The notes: generated by a model from the sequence alone, not told the origin. 64,000 nt of DNA from Candidatus Latescibacterota bacterium (GCA_965223905.1 CBDCXV010000009.1:416001-480000); one strand, 5' to 3'; shown: positions 1-9,561, numbered from the stretch's first letter. Made by a program: numbers and translations.

Positions 1-60
1 ATCCAAACGCGCAGGCCCCCCGGTGCGTTCCTGCCGGGGCTTCGGCAATCCCGGTCCTGC

Positions 61-1371
61 ATGCGGCCGACCTTGCGACTGGAGAACCCCATCGATACGC
101 CCCGCACCCTGGCGGCCCGGCGCTCCCCGGCCTTTTTCCCGGGTGCCGGCGGTTTCGGATGGCTGCTGGCGGTGCTCGGCTGCCTCACGGGACCGGGGTC
201 AGGCGCCGGGGCCGCCGCTGGCGCCGAGCCGCTGCTGGAGGGTCGGGTGCTTCTGTCTTCGGGCGCCCCGGCGGCCGGGGCGCGGGTGCGGCTGTTCGCC
301 GAGCTGGGGCGTTCGCTGGGCGCCACCGCGGATGAGAGCGGCTACTTCGCCTTTCCCCTGAAGGCACTGCGCAAGGCCGCGCCCCTTCCGGCGCGCCTGC
401 GCCTGGGTCAGAACTACCCCAACCCGTTCAATCCCTCGACGATCATCCCGTATCAGCTGCCGGCCCCGGCGCGGGTGCGCCTGGAGGTGTTCAACATCCT
501 GGGGCAGCGGGTGGCGACCCTGGTGGACGGGGAGCGGCCGGCCGGTTTTCACACGGCGATCTGGGACGCGACCGACGCTTCGGGGCGGGGGGTGGGCTCG
601 GGGGTGTATCTGTACCGGCTTCTTGGGGGCGGGGAGCGTCTGACGCGGTCGATGGTGCTGCTGGACGGCCCGGTGGTTGCGGCGGGTGGAGGGGGTTCGG
701 GCGGGGCGTGGGCTTCGGCCCGCGGCGAGGGGCCGTTCTACGGGCTGACGGTCTGGGGACCGGGGCTGGTCCCCTATGTCGACCCGGCCTTCCGGGTGGG
801 GGCCGGTCCGGTCGAGATCCAGGTTCAGCCGCTGTCATCCCTTCCTCGCGGCAAGGTGGCCGCCGGGGGCCTGCTGGGGGACGTCAACCGGGACGGCCGG
901 GTCGATCTCGCCGACGCCCTGCTCATCGCCTCCTACAGCGAGGATCCGACCCTGTCCCTTGCCAACGGCGACCTCACCCTGGGAGACGTCAACGGGGACG
1001 GGCAGGTCGACCTGGCCGACGCCCGGCTCATCGAGGCCTACCACGCCGATCCGTCCGACCCGTCGCTTCCGGAAGGGATCGGCGCTCCAGTGGGGACCGG
1101 TACCCAGGCGCTGATGCTCTACTGGACGGACGCGGACGGCGACCGCATTCAGCGCTCCCGCCTGGACGGCTCCGGGGTGGAGGACGTGGTCGACAGCGGC
1201 CTGATCAACCCGCGCGGCCTGGCCGTGGATCAGGCGGCCGGCAAGCTCTACTGGACCGACTACGGCAGCGACCGCATCCAGCGGTCCAACCTCGACGGCT
1301 CCGAAGTGGAGGACCTGTCCACTGTTTTGGTATTTCATACCATTTCCTACCCAACCGTAAAGTTTCTGTAA
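61..1371 (+). CDS. Secreted protein: FlgD-Ig/T9SS-like domain, dockerin/EF-hand pair and YWTD (LDL-receptor class B) repeats; 3'-truncated at island boundary
   Basis: QNYPNPFNPST...WDATDASGRGVGSGVYLYRL; two GDVNxDGxVDLADA motifs; only two YWTD repeats, then an abrupt switch to AT-rich codons at ~1322 and a stop. Confidence 0.8.
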   Translation: MRPTLRLENPIDTPRTLAARRSPAFFPGAGGFGWLLAVLGCLTGPGSGAGAAAGAEPLLEGRVLLSSGAPAAGARVRLFAELGRSLGATADESGYFAFPLKALRKAAPLPARLRLGQNYPNPFNPSTIIPYQLPAPARVRLEVFNILGQRVATLVDGERPAGFHTAIWDATDASGRGVGSGVYLYRLLGGGERLTRSMVLLDGPVVAAGGGGSGGAWASARGEGPFYGLTVWGPGLVPYVDPAFRVGAGPVEIQVQPLSSLPRGKVAAGGLLGDVNRDGRVDLADALLIASYSEDPTLSLANGDLTLGDVNGDGQVDLADARLIEAYHADPSDPSLPEGIGAPVGTGTQALMLYWTDADGDRIQRSRLDGSGVEDVVDSGLINPRGLAVDQAAGKLYWTDYGSDRIQRSNLDGSEVEDLSTVLVFHTISYPTVKFL

Positions 1372-1431
1372 TCGACTGTATTTAAATCGTTTACGGCTTA
1401 TACGTAGTTTCCTGACGTTTCATAAGATCCC

Positions 1432-1460
1432 TTGACATGGCGGTAATTTTGTGATAACGT
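1432..1460 (+). promoter_or_regulatory. Sigma70-type promoter for integrase
   Basis: TTGACA-17 bp-TAACGT with extended -10 TG. Confidence 0.6.
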
Positions 1461-1502
1461 GGGACATAACTCACGGACGCCAACAAGGAAGAACATCGAC
1501 CC

Positions 1503-2672
1503 ATGCAACGTCCCAAAATGCTCTCGGCAACCTTCGTGCGAAACGTGAACCGGTCCGGCCGCTACGGCGACGGGCGCGGCGGCTTCGGGCTCTCGCTGCT
1601 GGTCAAGCCTAGGGAGGACAACGGGCGGCTGTCCAAGACGTGGAGCCAGCGGCTGCGAATCGACGGGGAGCTGACCAACGTCGGGCTCGGGCCGTATCCG
1701 CTAGTGACGCTCAAGGAGGCGCGGGACAAGGCGCTGACCAATCGCCGCGCCGTCGAGCAGGGCTCAGACCCCCGAGCCCAACGCGCCGCCTCCCGCGTTC
1801 CCACCTTCGCCGCCGCCGCCGAGGCCGTCATCCGGATTCACGCCGAGACCTGGAAGAACGGGGGCCGGTCGGAGGACAACTGGCGCAAGAGTCTCGGCGA
1901 GTACGCCATGCCGAAGCTCGGGCGCAAGCCGGTGGACAAGATCACCACGTCGGACGTGCTGGCCGTCATCACGCCGATCTGGTCGTCGCGGCGGGAGACG
2001 GCCAAGCGGGTGCGCCAGCGCATCTCGGCGGTGATGAAGTGGGCGGTTGCCGAGGGCCACCGCGAGGACAACCCGGCCGGCGACGCCATCCAGGCGGCCT
2101 TGCCGAAGAACGAGACGGTGAAGGTCCACTACAAAGCCTTGCCGCACGGCGAGGTAGGCGCGGCGCTGCGCACGATGCGGGGCGTCGACACCTGGCCGCT
2201 GAAGAAGCTGGCTCTCGAGTTCCTGGTGCTCACGGCGACGCGCTCTAATGAAGTCCGGGGGGCGCGCTGGGACGAAATCGACGGGGAGGCGTGGACGATC
2301 CCGGCCGAGCGCATAAAAAAGGGCCGGGAGCACCGGGTGCCGCTGGCTCGGCGAGCCCTGGCGGTGCTGGAGGAGGCGCGCACCTACGACGACGGCTCGG
2401 GGCTGGTGTTCCCCAGCTCGCGCGGCGGCAAGCAGTCGGACGGGTCGCTGTCGCAGTTCGTCAAGCAGCTGGGCATTGCCGCGGTGCCGCACGGGTTCCG
2501 GAGCAGCTTCCGCGATTGGGCCGCCGAGTGCTCGGCCGCGCCCCGGGAGGTCTGCGAGCTGGCCCTGGCCCACGTCAACGACGACCGGACCGAAGCGGCC
2601 TACCGGAGAAGCGACCTGTTCGATCTGCGCCGCAAGTTGATGGAGGATTGGGAGGCGTATCTGGACGTGTGA
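1503..2672 (+). CDS. int: P4-like tyrosine integrase with N-terminal arm-binding domain
   Basis: GLGPYPLVTLKEAR arm domain; catalytic R (TATRSNE), HGFR, LAH, and Y (AAYRRSD). Confidence 0.93.
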   Translation: MQRPKMLSATFVRNVNRSGRYGDGRGGFGLSLLVKPREDNGRLSKTWSQRLRIDGELTNVGLGPYPLVTLKEARDKALTNRRAVEQGSDPRAQRAASRVPTFAAAAEAVIRIHAETWKNGGRSEDNWRKSLGEYAMPKLGRKPVDKITTSDVLAVITPIWSSRRETAKRVRQRISAVMKWAVAEGHREDNPAGDAIQAALPKNETVKVHYKALPHGEVGAALRTMRGVDTWPLKKLALEFLVLTATRSNEVRGARWDEIDGEAWTIPAERIKKGREHRVPLARRALAVLEEARTYDDGSGLVFPSSRGGKQSDGSLSQFVKQLGIAAVPHGFRSSFRDWAAECSAAPREVCELALAHVNDDRTEAAYRRSDLFDLRRKLMEDWEAYLDV

Positions 2673-2688
2673 TCCTTCATGCGTTTCC

Positions 2689-2717
2689 GGGGGAAACATC
2701 GGTTTTCCCCCTTTTTT
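2689..2717 (+). terminator. Rho-independent terminator after integrase
   Basis: GGGGGAAAC-ATCG-GTTTTCCCCC stem followed by T6. Confidence 0.7.
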
Positions 2718-2970
2718 AGCCGCGCTGGCGCTTGGCTGAAAAATTTATTTCCGGGGTGCACCGGTGGTGCATGGGTGAACCCCAAATTGCGGCAAAATGC
2801 AACACCTTCCTCTCCTGAACCTCTAAGAAAACAGTTGTACATGAACACTATCATGCACACCTTCAAATTCGGGATTTTTCTCTTGCCCAATCGCCAAACG
2901 ACCGCTCCTTTTCACTCGGTAGCACAAGCCGTAAAGGCGTTTCAGAAAAGTGGAGGAAAGGAGCATTGTT

Positions 2971-3192
2971 ATGGACATCCTTCGTCTTCCGGTTGTGGTC
3001 AAAAAAACCGGTCTCAGCCGCACGACGATCTGGCGCATGATGAAGCGGGGCGAGTTCCCCCAGCCGGTCGATCTCGGATCTCGCGCCAGAGGCTGGGTGA
3101 GTTCGGAAATCACGGAGTGGATCGAAAACCGAATCGCGGCCCGCGACCGGAAAAAAGGGACCAATGGACAACCCGCCCGTCGTCCTGAGTGA
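2971..3192 (+). CDS. alpA: AlpA-family regulator / excisionase
   Basis: ILRLPVVVKKTGLSRTTIWRMMKRGEFPQPVDLGSRARGW matches the AlpA pattern; upstream GGAG. Confidence 0.9.
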   Translation: MDILRLPVVVKKTGLSRTTIWRMMKRGEFPQPVDLGSRARGWVSSEITEWIENRIAARDRKKGTNGQPARRPE

Positions 3193-4114
3193 ACTGCCGC
3201 GGTCGCTGACCGTTTCGGACACGGTGCGTGGGCTCATGGACGCCAGCGTCTCTGAGAACACGCGCCGTGCCTACCGATCCGCCCTGAACAAATTCGGCGA
3301 CTGGCTCTCCGGGGCTCCGGTCACCGACGAGGCCATCGCCGACTACCTTGCGGGTCTGCACGAGGCCGGCAAATCGCCGCAGACCTGCGCCCAAGTCGTT
3401 GCCGCGCTCAAGTTCGCGGCCAAGCTGCACGGGATGACCCCGCCCATCGGCCCGGTGACCAACCGGGTCCTTACCGGGATCCGGCGCTCAGGCCGGGGCC
3501 GAGGGCGCGGGCAAGTCCAGGGCGTGAGCTTCTCGCAATCCGACGCGGCGGCATCCTTCGCCGTGACCGGCGGCTCCCTGGCCGATTCGCGCGATGCGGC
3601 GATCCTCGCCGTCGCCTCCGACGGCATGCTCAGGGCCAGCGAGGTGGCCGCGCTTCAGGTCGACGACATCACCTGCCAACCCGATGGCAGTGGCACCGTG
3701 ACCATCCGGTCGAGCAAGACCGACCAGGAAGGACGCGGAGCCGAGCTGTACCTGGGGGCGATCACCGTGGGCAGGATCAAGGCATGGCTGGAGAAAGCCG
3801 GCATCCGGGAGGGGCCGTTGTTCCGCCGCGTCTTTTTGAAGGGCAGCCGCGTCGGCGACCGGAAAATGAACGTGTCCAGCGTCCGGGAGATCATCAAGAA
3901 ACGATGCGCCGCCATCGGCATCGTGGGGCAGGTCTCGGGCCACTCGCTGCGCGTGGGCGGGGCGCAGTCCCTGGCCGCCGGCGGGGCTTCCTTGCCGGAA
4001 ATGCAGACCGCCGGGCGTTGGGAATCGCCGCAGATGCCCGGCCACTACGCTCGGGGTCAGCTGGCGGCCAAGGGAGCCGTGGCGCGGATCAAGTATTCAC
4101 AGGGCGGACCATGA
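3164..4114 (+). CDS. Cre-like tyrosine recombinase (copy 1, intact)
   Basis: SENTRRAY N-terminal SAM-like domain; RDAA, LRASE, SKTDQ, GHSLRVG, GRW, Y (W in place of second His, as in Cre). Confidence 0.9.
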   Translation: MDNPPVVLSELPRSLTVSDTVRGLMDASVSENTRRAYRSALNKFGDWLSGAPVTDEAIADYLAGLHEAGKSPQTCAQVVAALKFAAKLHGMTPPIGPVTNRVLTGIRRSGRGRGRGQVQGVSFSQSDAAASFAVTGGSLADSRDAAILAVASDGMLRASEVAALQVDDITCQPDGSGTVTIRSSKTDQEGRGAELYLGAITVGRIKAWLEKAGIREGPLFRRVFLKGSRVGDRKMNVSSVREIIKKRCAAIGIVGQVSGHSLRVGGAQSLAAGGASLPEMQTAGRWESPQMPGHYARGQLAAKGAVARIKYSQGGP

Positions 4115-4192
4115 AATGGCATCGGCCCGGATTCCTTTTAGCCTTTATACCCCCGGGGAAATTTCCGCCCGCGCCAACAGTGGAGAAAAGAA

Positions 4193-4318
4193 ATGCGTTT
4201 CGAGATTTACCAGGACGATGAGCTCGCTACCCAATCAAACCCCGTCACCGGAGCCCTACAGGCGCTCGAAATTGTGCTCGACGGCGTGCTCGGATTAGAG
4301 GAGTTGCAGGGGAAATGA
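4193..4318 (+). CDS. Small hypothetical protein (41 aa)
   Basis: MRFEIYQDDELATQ...; GGAG RBS; ATGA overlap with next ORF. Confidence 0.35.
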   Translation: MRFEIYQDDELATQSNPVTGALQALEIVLDGVLGLEELQGK

Positions 4319-5170
4319 CCCGCACCCAGTGCGAGGTGTGCAAGGCCATCTCCTCCGCTGTTGCCGACTTGGGCTCACCTATCCCCGCAGCGAGCGCCGA
4401 GCTTGATGTAGACGAGGAGGCCCTGAGCAGTGCCTGCACCGTTCACCGGAACAGGGTTGCCGCCGCCATCGCTGCCGGCAAGAACGTGATCGATTTGGCC
4501 GGGGAGCGTGGGAAGTGCCGAGGTGAAACTCCAAGCCAATCTGTACCAGGCTGCCGGGGACGAGGCCGCGGACAGGTCCGGGGCGTGACTTGGGCACAGG
4601 CCGACGCGGCGGTATCCTTCGCCGAGATGGGCGGGTCTCTGACCGATGCGCGCGATGCGCGATCATCGCCGTCGCCTCCGACGCCTTGCTCAGGGCCAGC
4701 GAGGTGGCCGCGCTCAGGTCGACGACACCACCTGCGAACCCGAAGGCACGGGCCTTGTCACCATCCGGTCGAGCAAGAACGACCAGGAAGGGCGCGGATC
4801 GGTTCAGTTTTTGGGGGCTCCCACCGTGGACAGGATCAAGGCATGGCTGGAGGGAGCCGGCATTCGGGAGGGACCGTTGTTTCGCCGCGTCTTTCTGAAA
4901 AACAGCCGCGTCGGCGACCGGAAAATGAACGTGGACAGCGTCCGGAAGATCATCAAGAAGCGGTGCGCCGCCATCGGCATCGTGGGGAAGGTCTCGGCCC
5001 ACTCGCTGCGCGTGGGCGGGGCGCAGTCCCTGGCCGCCGGCGGGGCTTCGTTGCCGGAAATGCAGACCGCCGGGCGGTGGGAATCGCCGCAGATGCCCGG
5101 CCACTACGCTCGGGGTCAGCTTGCCGCCAAGGGAGCCGTCGCGCGGATCAAGTACGGCGCGGGACCATGA
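4315..5170 (+). pseudogene. Cre-like recombinase copy 2: catalytic-domain duplicate fused to an unrelated CxxC N-terminus, frameshifted
   Basis: 4553-5170 closely resembles 3490-4114 at DNA level; frame changes near 4660 and 4718. Confidence 0.8.
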
Positions 5171-5211
5171 AAAATGGCCGTTTCAGGGGAGGGGTTGCGT
5201 TTACGTTCTCT

Positions 5212-5240
5212 TTGACATGCAAGCCTCCGTGGAGCAGATT
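5212..5240 (+). promoter_or_regulatory. Promoter upstream of tRNA-like gene
   Basis: TTGACA-17 bp-CAGATT. Confidence 0.5.
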
Positions 5241-5252
5241 CCGTTATACGGC

Positions 5253-5336
5253 GGGGGATTCAAAGGGTAGCTCAGCTGGTTAGAGCACCGGGTTGAGGTC
5301 CCGGAGGTCGTGGGTTCGAGTCCCACCCCTCCCCCC
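5253..5336 (+). tRNA. Atypical tRNA-like gene, anticodon GAG (Leu) on a short-variable-loop body
   Basis: D arm GCTC/GAGC, anticodon stem CCGGG-TTGAGGT-CCCGG, 5-nt variable loop, T arm GTGGG-TTCGAGT-CCCAC; acceptor stem irregular; no CCA. Confidence 0.75.
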
Positions 5337-5489
5337 GGTTTTTTCCCGTTCAGAGGTTGCCTCCCATATTCCCGAGTAATTCCCGAAATGAGAAAATGAT
5401 CTCCTAAGGCAGGGCTCTCAGAAAAAAATGGCTACCAATCCCGCGGAGTAGAGAAAAATCTGAAACTAAACCGAGGAGGAGGTTTGACA

Positions 5490-5621
5490 ATGAAAACAGC
5501 TTGGAAAGCAGTACGAATTATGCTGACTGTAGTTGGGGGAGCACTGCTGGAGGCAGATTCGCCGGTGGAGGAAATATTCTCCACCGGCGACATCCCGCCA
5601 AAACCCGGGTTTCTGAAGTAG
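5490..5621 (+). CDS. Small hypothetical peptide (43 aa)
   Basis: GAGGAGGAGG RBS then MKTAWKAVRIMLTVVGGALLEADSP... Confidence 0.35.
   Translation: MKTAWKAVRIMLTVVGGALLEADSPVEEIFSTGDIPPKPGFLK
5559..5590. repeat. Perfect 12-8-12 inverted repeat (lox-like architecture)
   Basis: TCGCCGGTGGAG-GAAATATT-CTCCACCGGCGA. Confidence 0.85.
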
Positions 5622-5764
5622 TCAGACTCCGATGCTGGGCCTATCCTCTGTGCCCCGTACATAACCCTGAAGACTCACACCCCCCTTCGCCTAAAAAAAA
5701 CGGGCAGCCGCGTGATCGAGGAAGATCAACGACTGCCCGCCCCCGCCCCCGCAGCAGCTGGCTA

Positions 5765-6247
5765 TTACCCCTCCTGACGCAGTTCCTCCCGCAGTTCCCC
5801 CAGATACGGGAACCGCTTTTCCTCGAGCTCGGCGGCCAGCTCCTGATTCTCGGCCCATTCGGGCGGCAGGACGGCGACCTGAGCGCCGACCAACCGGGTG
5901 TCCGCCGTCGCTTTTGCCGTCGGCCATGAGCTGGCGGGACAGGCATGAATCGCCTTGCCTTTCTTCGTAGCCTGAACCACCACGGCCAGGTGCCATCTGC
6001 CCCCTTCCGGGTGCTTCACCCCGACGACGTGGCCCTTGCGGACGACCAGTTCGGTGCCGTCGACCAGGGGCACGTGCGGGATCTCCACGAGGGTTTTCCG
6101 TACGCGCCGGAGGTAGGACTTTGAACGATCGTTGGCGTTTTTCCCCTGGCGTATCCCTGAGCAGGTGCCCGAGCAGGTTTTGGTGTGTGGCCGCGCTCTG
6201 AGCCGGGCGGGTGGAATGTTCTTTCTGCATACCGTGCACTTCTTCAT
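5765..6247 (-). CDS. Protein with N-terminal TraR/DksA-like C4 zinc finger
   Basis: CTVCRKNIPPARLRARPHTKTCSGTC. Confidence 0.6.
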   Translation of the reverse strand: MKKCTVCRKNIPPARLRARPHTKTCSGTCSGIRQGKNANDRSKSYLRRVRKTLVEIPHVPLVDGTELVVRKGHVVGVKHPEGGRWHLAVVVQATKKGKAIHACPASSWPTAKATADTRLVGAQVAVLPPEWAENQELAAELEEKRFPYLGELREELRQEG

Positions 6248-6294
6248 GTGCTCCTGTTCTCTTCCTGGTATCCTCCCGACCTTCCGTCGCCCCC

Positions 6295-6489
6295 TTATCC
6301 CAGCAGGGCGGAAAGGAAGCGGAGGAAGCGGTTGAGGATGCGGCCGCCCACCGATTCGGGTGGGTGGCGCTCGGTCCACTGCGCTTTGAGCCGCTCGTTT
6401 TCCTGGCGGCGTCGGTCGGCGGCTTCCTGGTCGAGAGCGGCGGCGGTCTCCAAGTCCCGTGGCGTAAGGGGGGTCCGTTCTTCCTCCAT
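6295..6489 (-). CDS. Hypothetical protein
   Basis: 64-aa ORF co-oriented in operon, GGAG RBS. Confidence 0.5.
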   Translation of the reverse strand: MEEERTPLTPRDLETAAALDQEAADRRRQENERLKAQWTERHPPESVGGRILNRFLRFLSALLG

Positions 6490-6843
6490 CAGGTCATCGC
6501 CTCCGGTTTCAGGGTCCAGGGTGTTCCTTCCCGGTCCCTACAAATTATCCGCCTTTCGGCCGGTCTCAAGGTCCCGGCCCGCTCGCGGCAGCAAGCTGGC
6601 GGGGGGATCCGGTGACTTGGTGGAGCTGCGCTCGCAGCTTCCGGTTCTCCTCCCGCAGGGCGCACACGCGCTCTCCCAGGGCCTGAACCGCGTCCCAGGG
6701 CCAGGGGGGATGCCGCTGCCCTGCCGGTCGGGGACATACCGCTTCTGCTCGTGCTTGGTATCCTCCCGATTGCGAGCCCGGCACTTGGGACACCGGGCTG
6801 TAGGATTCCGCCGACCGCCCGAAGGCGGCCGGCCCCCTCTCCG

Positions 6844-7452
6844 TTACTCAGGCGTCGGGTTTGCGTCGTGCTGGCGCTTGAGCCGGTCGCCTTCGTCGTT
6901 GTCGTAGCGTGCGCAGCCCTCGCCGTCGACGAACTCCCGCAGATCGTTGCGGCGGATGGCGTGGGCCAGCTCGCGCACCGCCTCGGCGGACCGATCGTTG
7001 GGCCAGTAGGTCTGGTTGACCCACCGCTCGATCTCGCCGGCGATCTGGCCGCGCTCGTGCGTCGGGTCTGCCGGGACGGCCGGGTCGGCCACCGAGCCGG
7101 GCAAGGGGGTCAGCGCCTCCCAGGCGGCGTCGCTGTCGTTCACGTCGGTATCCTTGCGCCACACCGACCCGTCGTCGCAGAAGGCGATGACGTGGCTGAC
7201 GATGCCCGGGCCTGCGTTGGATACGGTTTTCAAGACCGTCCTGCCTTCCGGGGCGGTCCCGAAGTATTTGCCGATGAGCCCGGTGAGGGTTTCGTCGCCG
7301 AGGCCGATGTCGCCGGCCACGGCGATGGCTTGATCGGGCGTGGGTATCTTCTGGCGGATGCCGCGCGGCCCGCGCTGGACGCACAGGTGTCCGGCGATGT
7401 CGTGCAACGCCACCACCAGTTCCCCGTTCCGGTTCCTGCCAAACAGTTCCAT
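6844..7452 (-). CDS. Hypothetical protein
   Basis: 202-aa ORF, GGAGG RBS, GC3-biased codons. Confidence 0.7.
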   Translation of the reverse strand: MELFGRNRNGELVVALHDIAGHLCVQRGPRGIRQKIPTPDQAIAVAGDIGLGDETLTGLIGKYFGTAPEGRTVLKTVSNAGPGIVSHVIAFCDDGSVWRKDTDVNDSDAAWEALTPLPGSVADPAVPADPTHERGQIAGEIERWVNQTYWPNDRSAEAVRELAHAIRRNDLREFVDGEGCARYDNDEGDRLKRQHDANPTPE

Positions 7453-7530
7453 GTGTCGAATCCTCCAAAAGCCCCCAAGGGGCGTTGTGGAGGCCGTAGC
7501 GAAGGGCCACGGCCTCCGTCCGGGTCGGGT

Positions 7531-9561
7531 CTACTCCTCGACGCTCCCAGGCCGAGCCGTGAAGCCCGGCGGCGTCCATTTGCGGATGCGGTCCTTGGCG
7601 TTCTCCGCCAGGGTGACCTCGCCGTCCGGGTTGCGGAAGATGGCTTGGGCGTGCTCGGCCAGTTCCTTCTTCTTGTAGCTCTTGAAGCCATCGGCCCATT
7701 CGCTGTCGCCGGCTGAGGCCATCGCCGCGAGGATGGCCTTCTTGGGGATGCGGGACCAGAACACGTCCGCCGACAGCCGGGCGTCGGCCAGCGGCGGCCC
7801 GAGCCGCTCGATGGCGGCTTCCAGCTCGACGGCCCCGGTCTCGATGCTCAACTGATTGGTGACCATTGCCGCGACGCAGAAGGCCAGCAGGTCCTGCTTG
7901 TCGTTCTCGCTGATCTCGCAAAACGCCTGCCAGCACTGCCCCACCATGCGCTCCGGATCGGTGCCCAACCACGGCTCGTGGCGCTTTTTCAGCTCCTCGG
8001 CGATCTCCTGAAACCGCGCCTCGCCGGGGTTGTTCTCGGCGAACCCGGCGTCCTGGTAGCGGTCGACCGGGTGCGTCGCGGTGACGGTCGCGGAAAACTC
8101 CAGCGCCTTGCGCCCGTAGCCGAGGTTGTCCCCCCCCAGCATCTGCCGGCCAAGCTGGAACACCAGCAGATCCACCGCGACCAGAGGCCGCTGGGCCAGT
8201 TCCGCCTTGACCATTGAGGTCCGGATGTGCTTCAAGTCGTCGGCCAGCGCCTGCGACACCCCGGCGTCCTTGCGGGCGTCGGCTTCCGGGTTGGACGCTG
8301 AGGGGGCCTTCGTCCGCGGCTTCACGGTGCCGTTGCCGCCGTGGCCGTTGCTGCCCGTTTCGACCACCGCCTGGGCGGCCGCCGCGTCGTCGGGACGGAT
8401 CAGGCCGCTTTCCGCCCGCACCGCGCCGCCGTTGGCCAGGTAGACGCACACGCCGGAAGCGGCCTTCTGCTCGGGCGTGAAGGCGGTCCGCTGCTCGACG
8501 GCGCCGGTGATCTCGTTGTGCTGCCGTTCCAGCCGGTCGTATTCGTCCTCGTCCCATTCGTCGCCGCCGTCGTCCTCGTTGTCGTCGTACGCCTCGTGCA
8601 AGGTGCCCATCTTCTCCTCGATGGCTTCCAGCTTGGCGGCTTCCTCCTCGGTCGGCTCCGGCTCGGGGGCGTGAAAGCGGCCGTAGCCGGCCAGCGCGGT
8701 GTAGTCGTACTCGAGGAGCACGTCGGCCCACTTCCAGCCCTCCTTTTTCAACTCCCCGGCGAGCTTGTTCAGCTTCTCGATCGCCAGCGAGCGCAGCAGT
8801 TGCGGGTCGTCGACGTAGACCCCGGCCTCGTCCCTTTCGGCGAACAGGTCGCGGGTGACGGTGCCGCCTGCGGCCTCGTACTCGGCGATGCCGACGAACT
8901 GCGCCGCCGCCGAACCGCCGTTCAGCTTGTCGTCGAGAAGCGTCGAGCGGATCGAGCGCGGGTTGACGTGATAGTGGCCCTCTACCGCCTTGAAACACGT
9001 CAACTGCGCCTCGGGGTCTGCCGACACGGTGAAGGCCATCAGGGCCTCCAGCGTCAGCTTCTCGTCGCGGTAGGCTTGCAGCAGCTCGGGGTGGACGCCG
9101 GCCAGCCGCAGCCGCTTCTCGACGGTCACGGGCGTCACCCCGAAGCGGGCGGCGATGGCCTCGACGGTGTGGCCGGCCTCGTGCAGCTCGCGGAAGGCTT
9201 CCACCTGGTCGGCGGGGTGCATGTCCGCCCTGACTACGTTCTCGGCAAGGCTGATCTCGGCGACCTCCTCCTCCTCCCCCATGATGAGACAGGGGACGGT
9301 GTAGGTGTCGCCGTCGATCTTGCCCTTGCCGGCCAGCCGCTGCAGGGCCTGAAAGCGCCGGCCCCCCGCGACCACGCCGTACGAGTCGTCGGCCTGAGAA
9401 TCCCCGGTGAGCAGCACCTGCAGGTTCTGGCGGACGCCGTGCGCGTCGATGGACGCTTCCAGCTGATCGTCCTCCTCCTTGGTCGCCGGCGTCGTGCGGA
9501 CGTTGGATTCGCTCAGATACAGCTTCCTGAACGGGATTGCTTCGATGTGGGATACGGTCAT
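7531..9561 (-). CDS. parB: ParB/RepB/Spo0J-family protein, long plasmid type
   Basis: SESNVR, GVRQNL, VAGGRRFQAL, SLAENVVRADMHPADQ, HTH, GGTVTRDLF. Confidence 0.9.
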   Translation of the reverse strand: MTVSHIEAIPFRKLYLSESNVRTTPATKEEDDQLEASIDAHGVRQNLQVLLTGDSQADDSYGVVAGGRRFQALQRLAGKGKIDGDTYTVPCLIMGEEEEVAEISLAENVVRADMHPADQVEAFRELHEAGHTVEAIAARFGVTPVTVEKRLRLAGVHPELLQAYRDEKLTLEALMAFTVSADPEAQLTCFKAVEGHYHVNPRSIRSTLLDDKLNGGSAAAQFVGIAEYEAAGGTVTRDLFAERDEAGVYVDDPQLLRSLAIEKLNKLAGELKKEGWKWADVLLEYDYTALAGYGRFHAPEPEPTEEEAAKLEAIEEKMGTLHEAYDDNEDDGGDEWDEDEYDRLERQHNEITGAVEQRTAFTPEQKAASGVCVYLANGGAVRAESGLIRPDDAAAAQAVVETGSNGHGGNGTVKPRTKAPSASNPEADARKDAGVSQALADDLKHIRTSMVKAELAQRPLVAVDLLVFQLGRQMLGGDNLGYGRKALEFSATVTATHPVDRYQDAGFAENNPGEARFQEIAEELKKRHEPWLGTDPERMVGQCWQAFCEISENDKQDLLAFCVAAMVTNQLSIETGAVELEAAIERLGPPLADARLSADVFWSRIPKKAILAAMASAGDSEWADGFKSYKKKELAEHAQAIFRNPDGEVTLAENAKDRIRKWTPPGFTARPGSVEE

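Noticed and set aside
6848-8998. 716-aa minus ORF and other long Arg/Pro/Gly-rich ORFs (e.g. 22959-24995, 52691-54115, 56763-58064)
   Set aside because: Alternative-frame or antisense shadows of recognisable genes in GC-rich DNA
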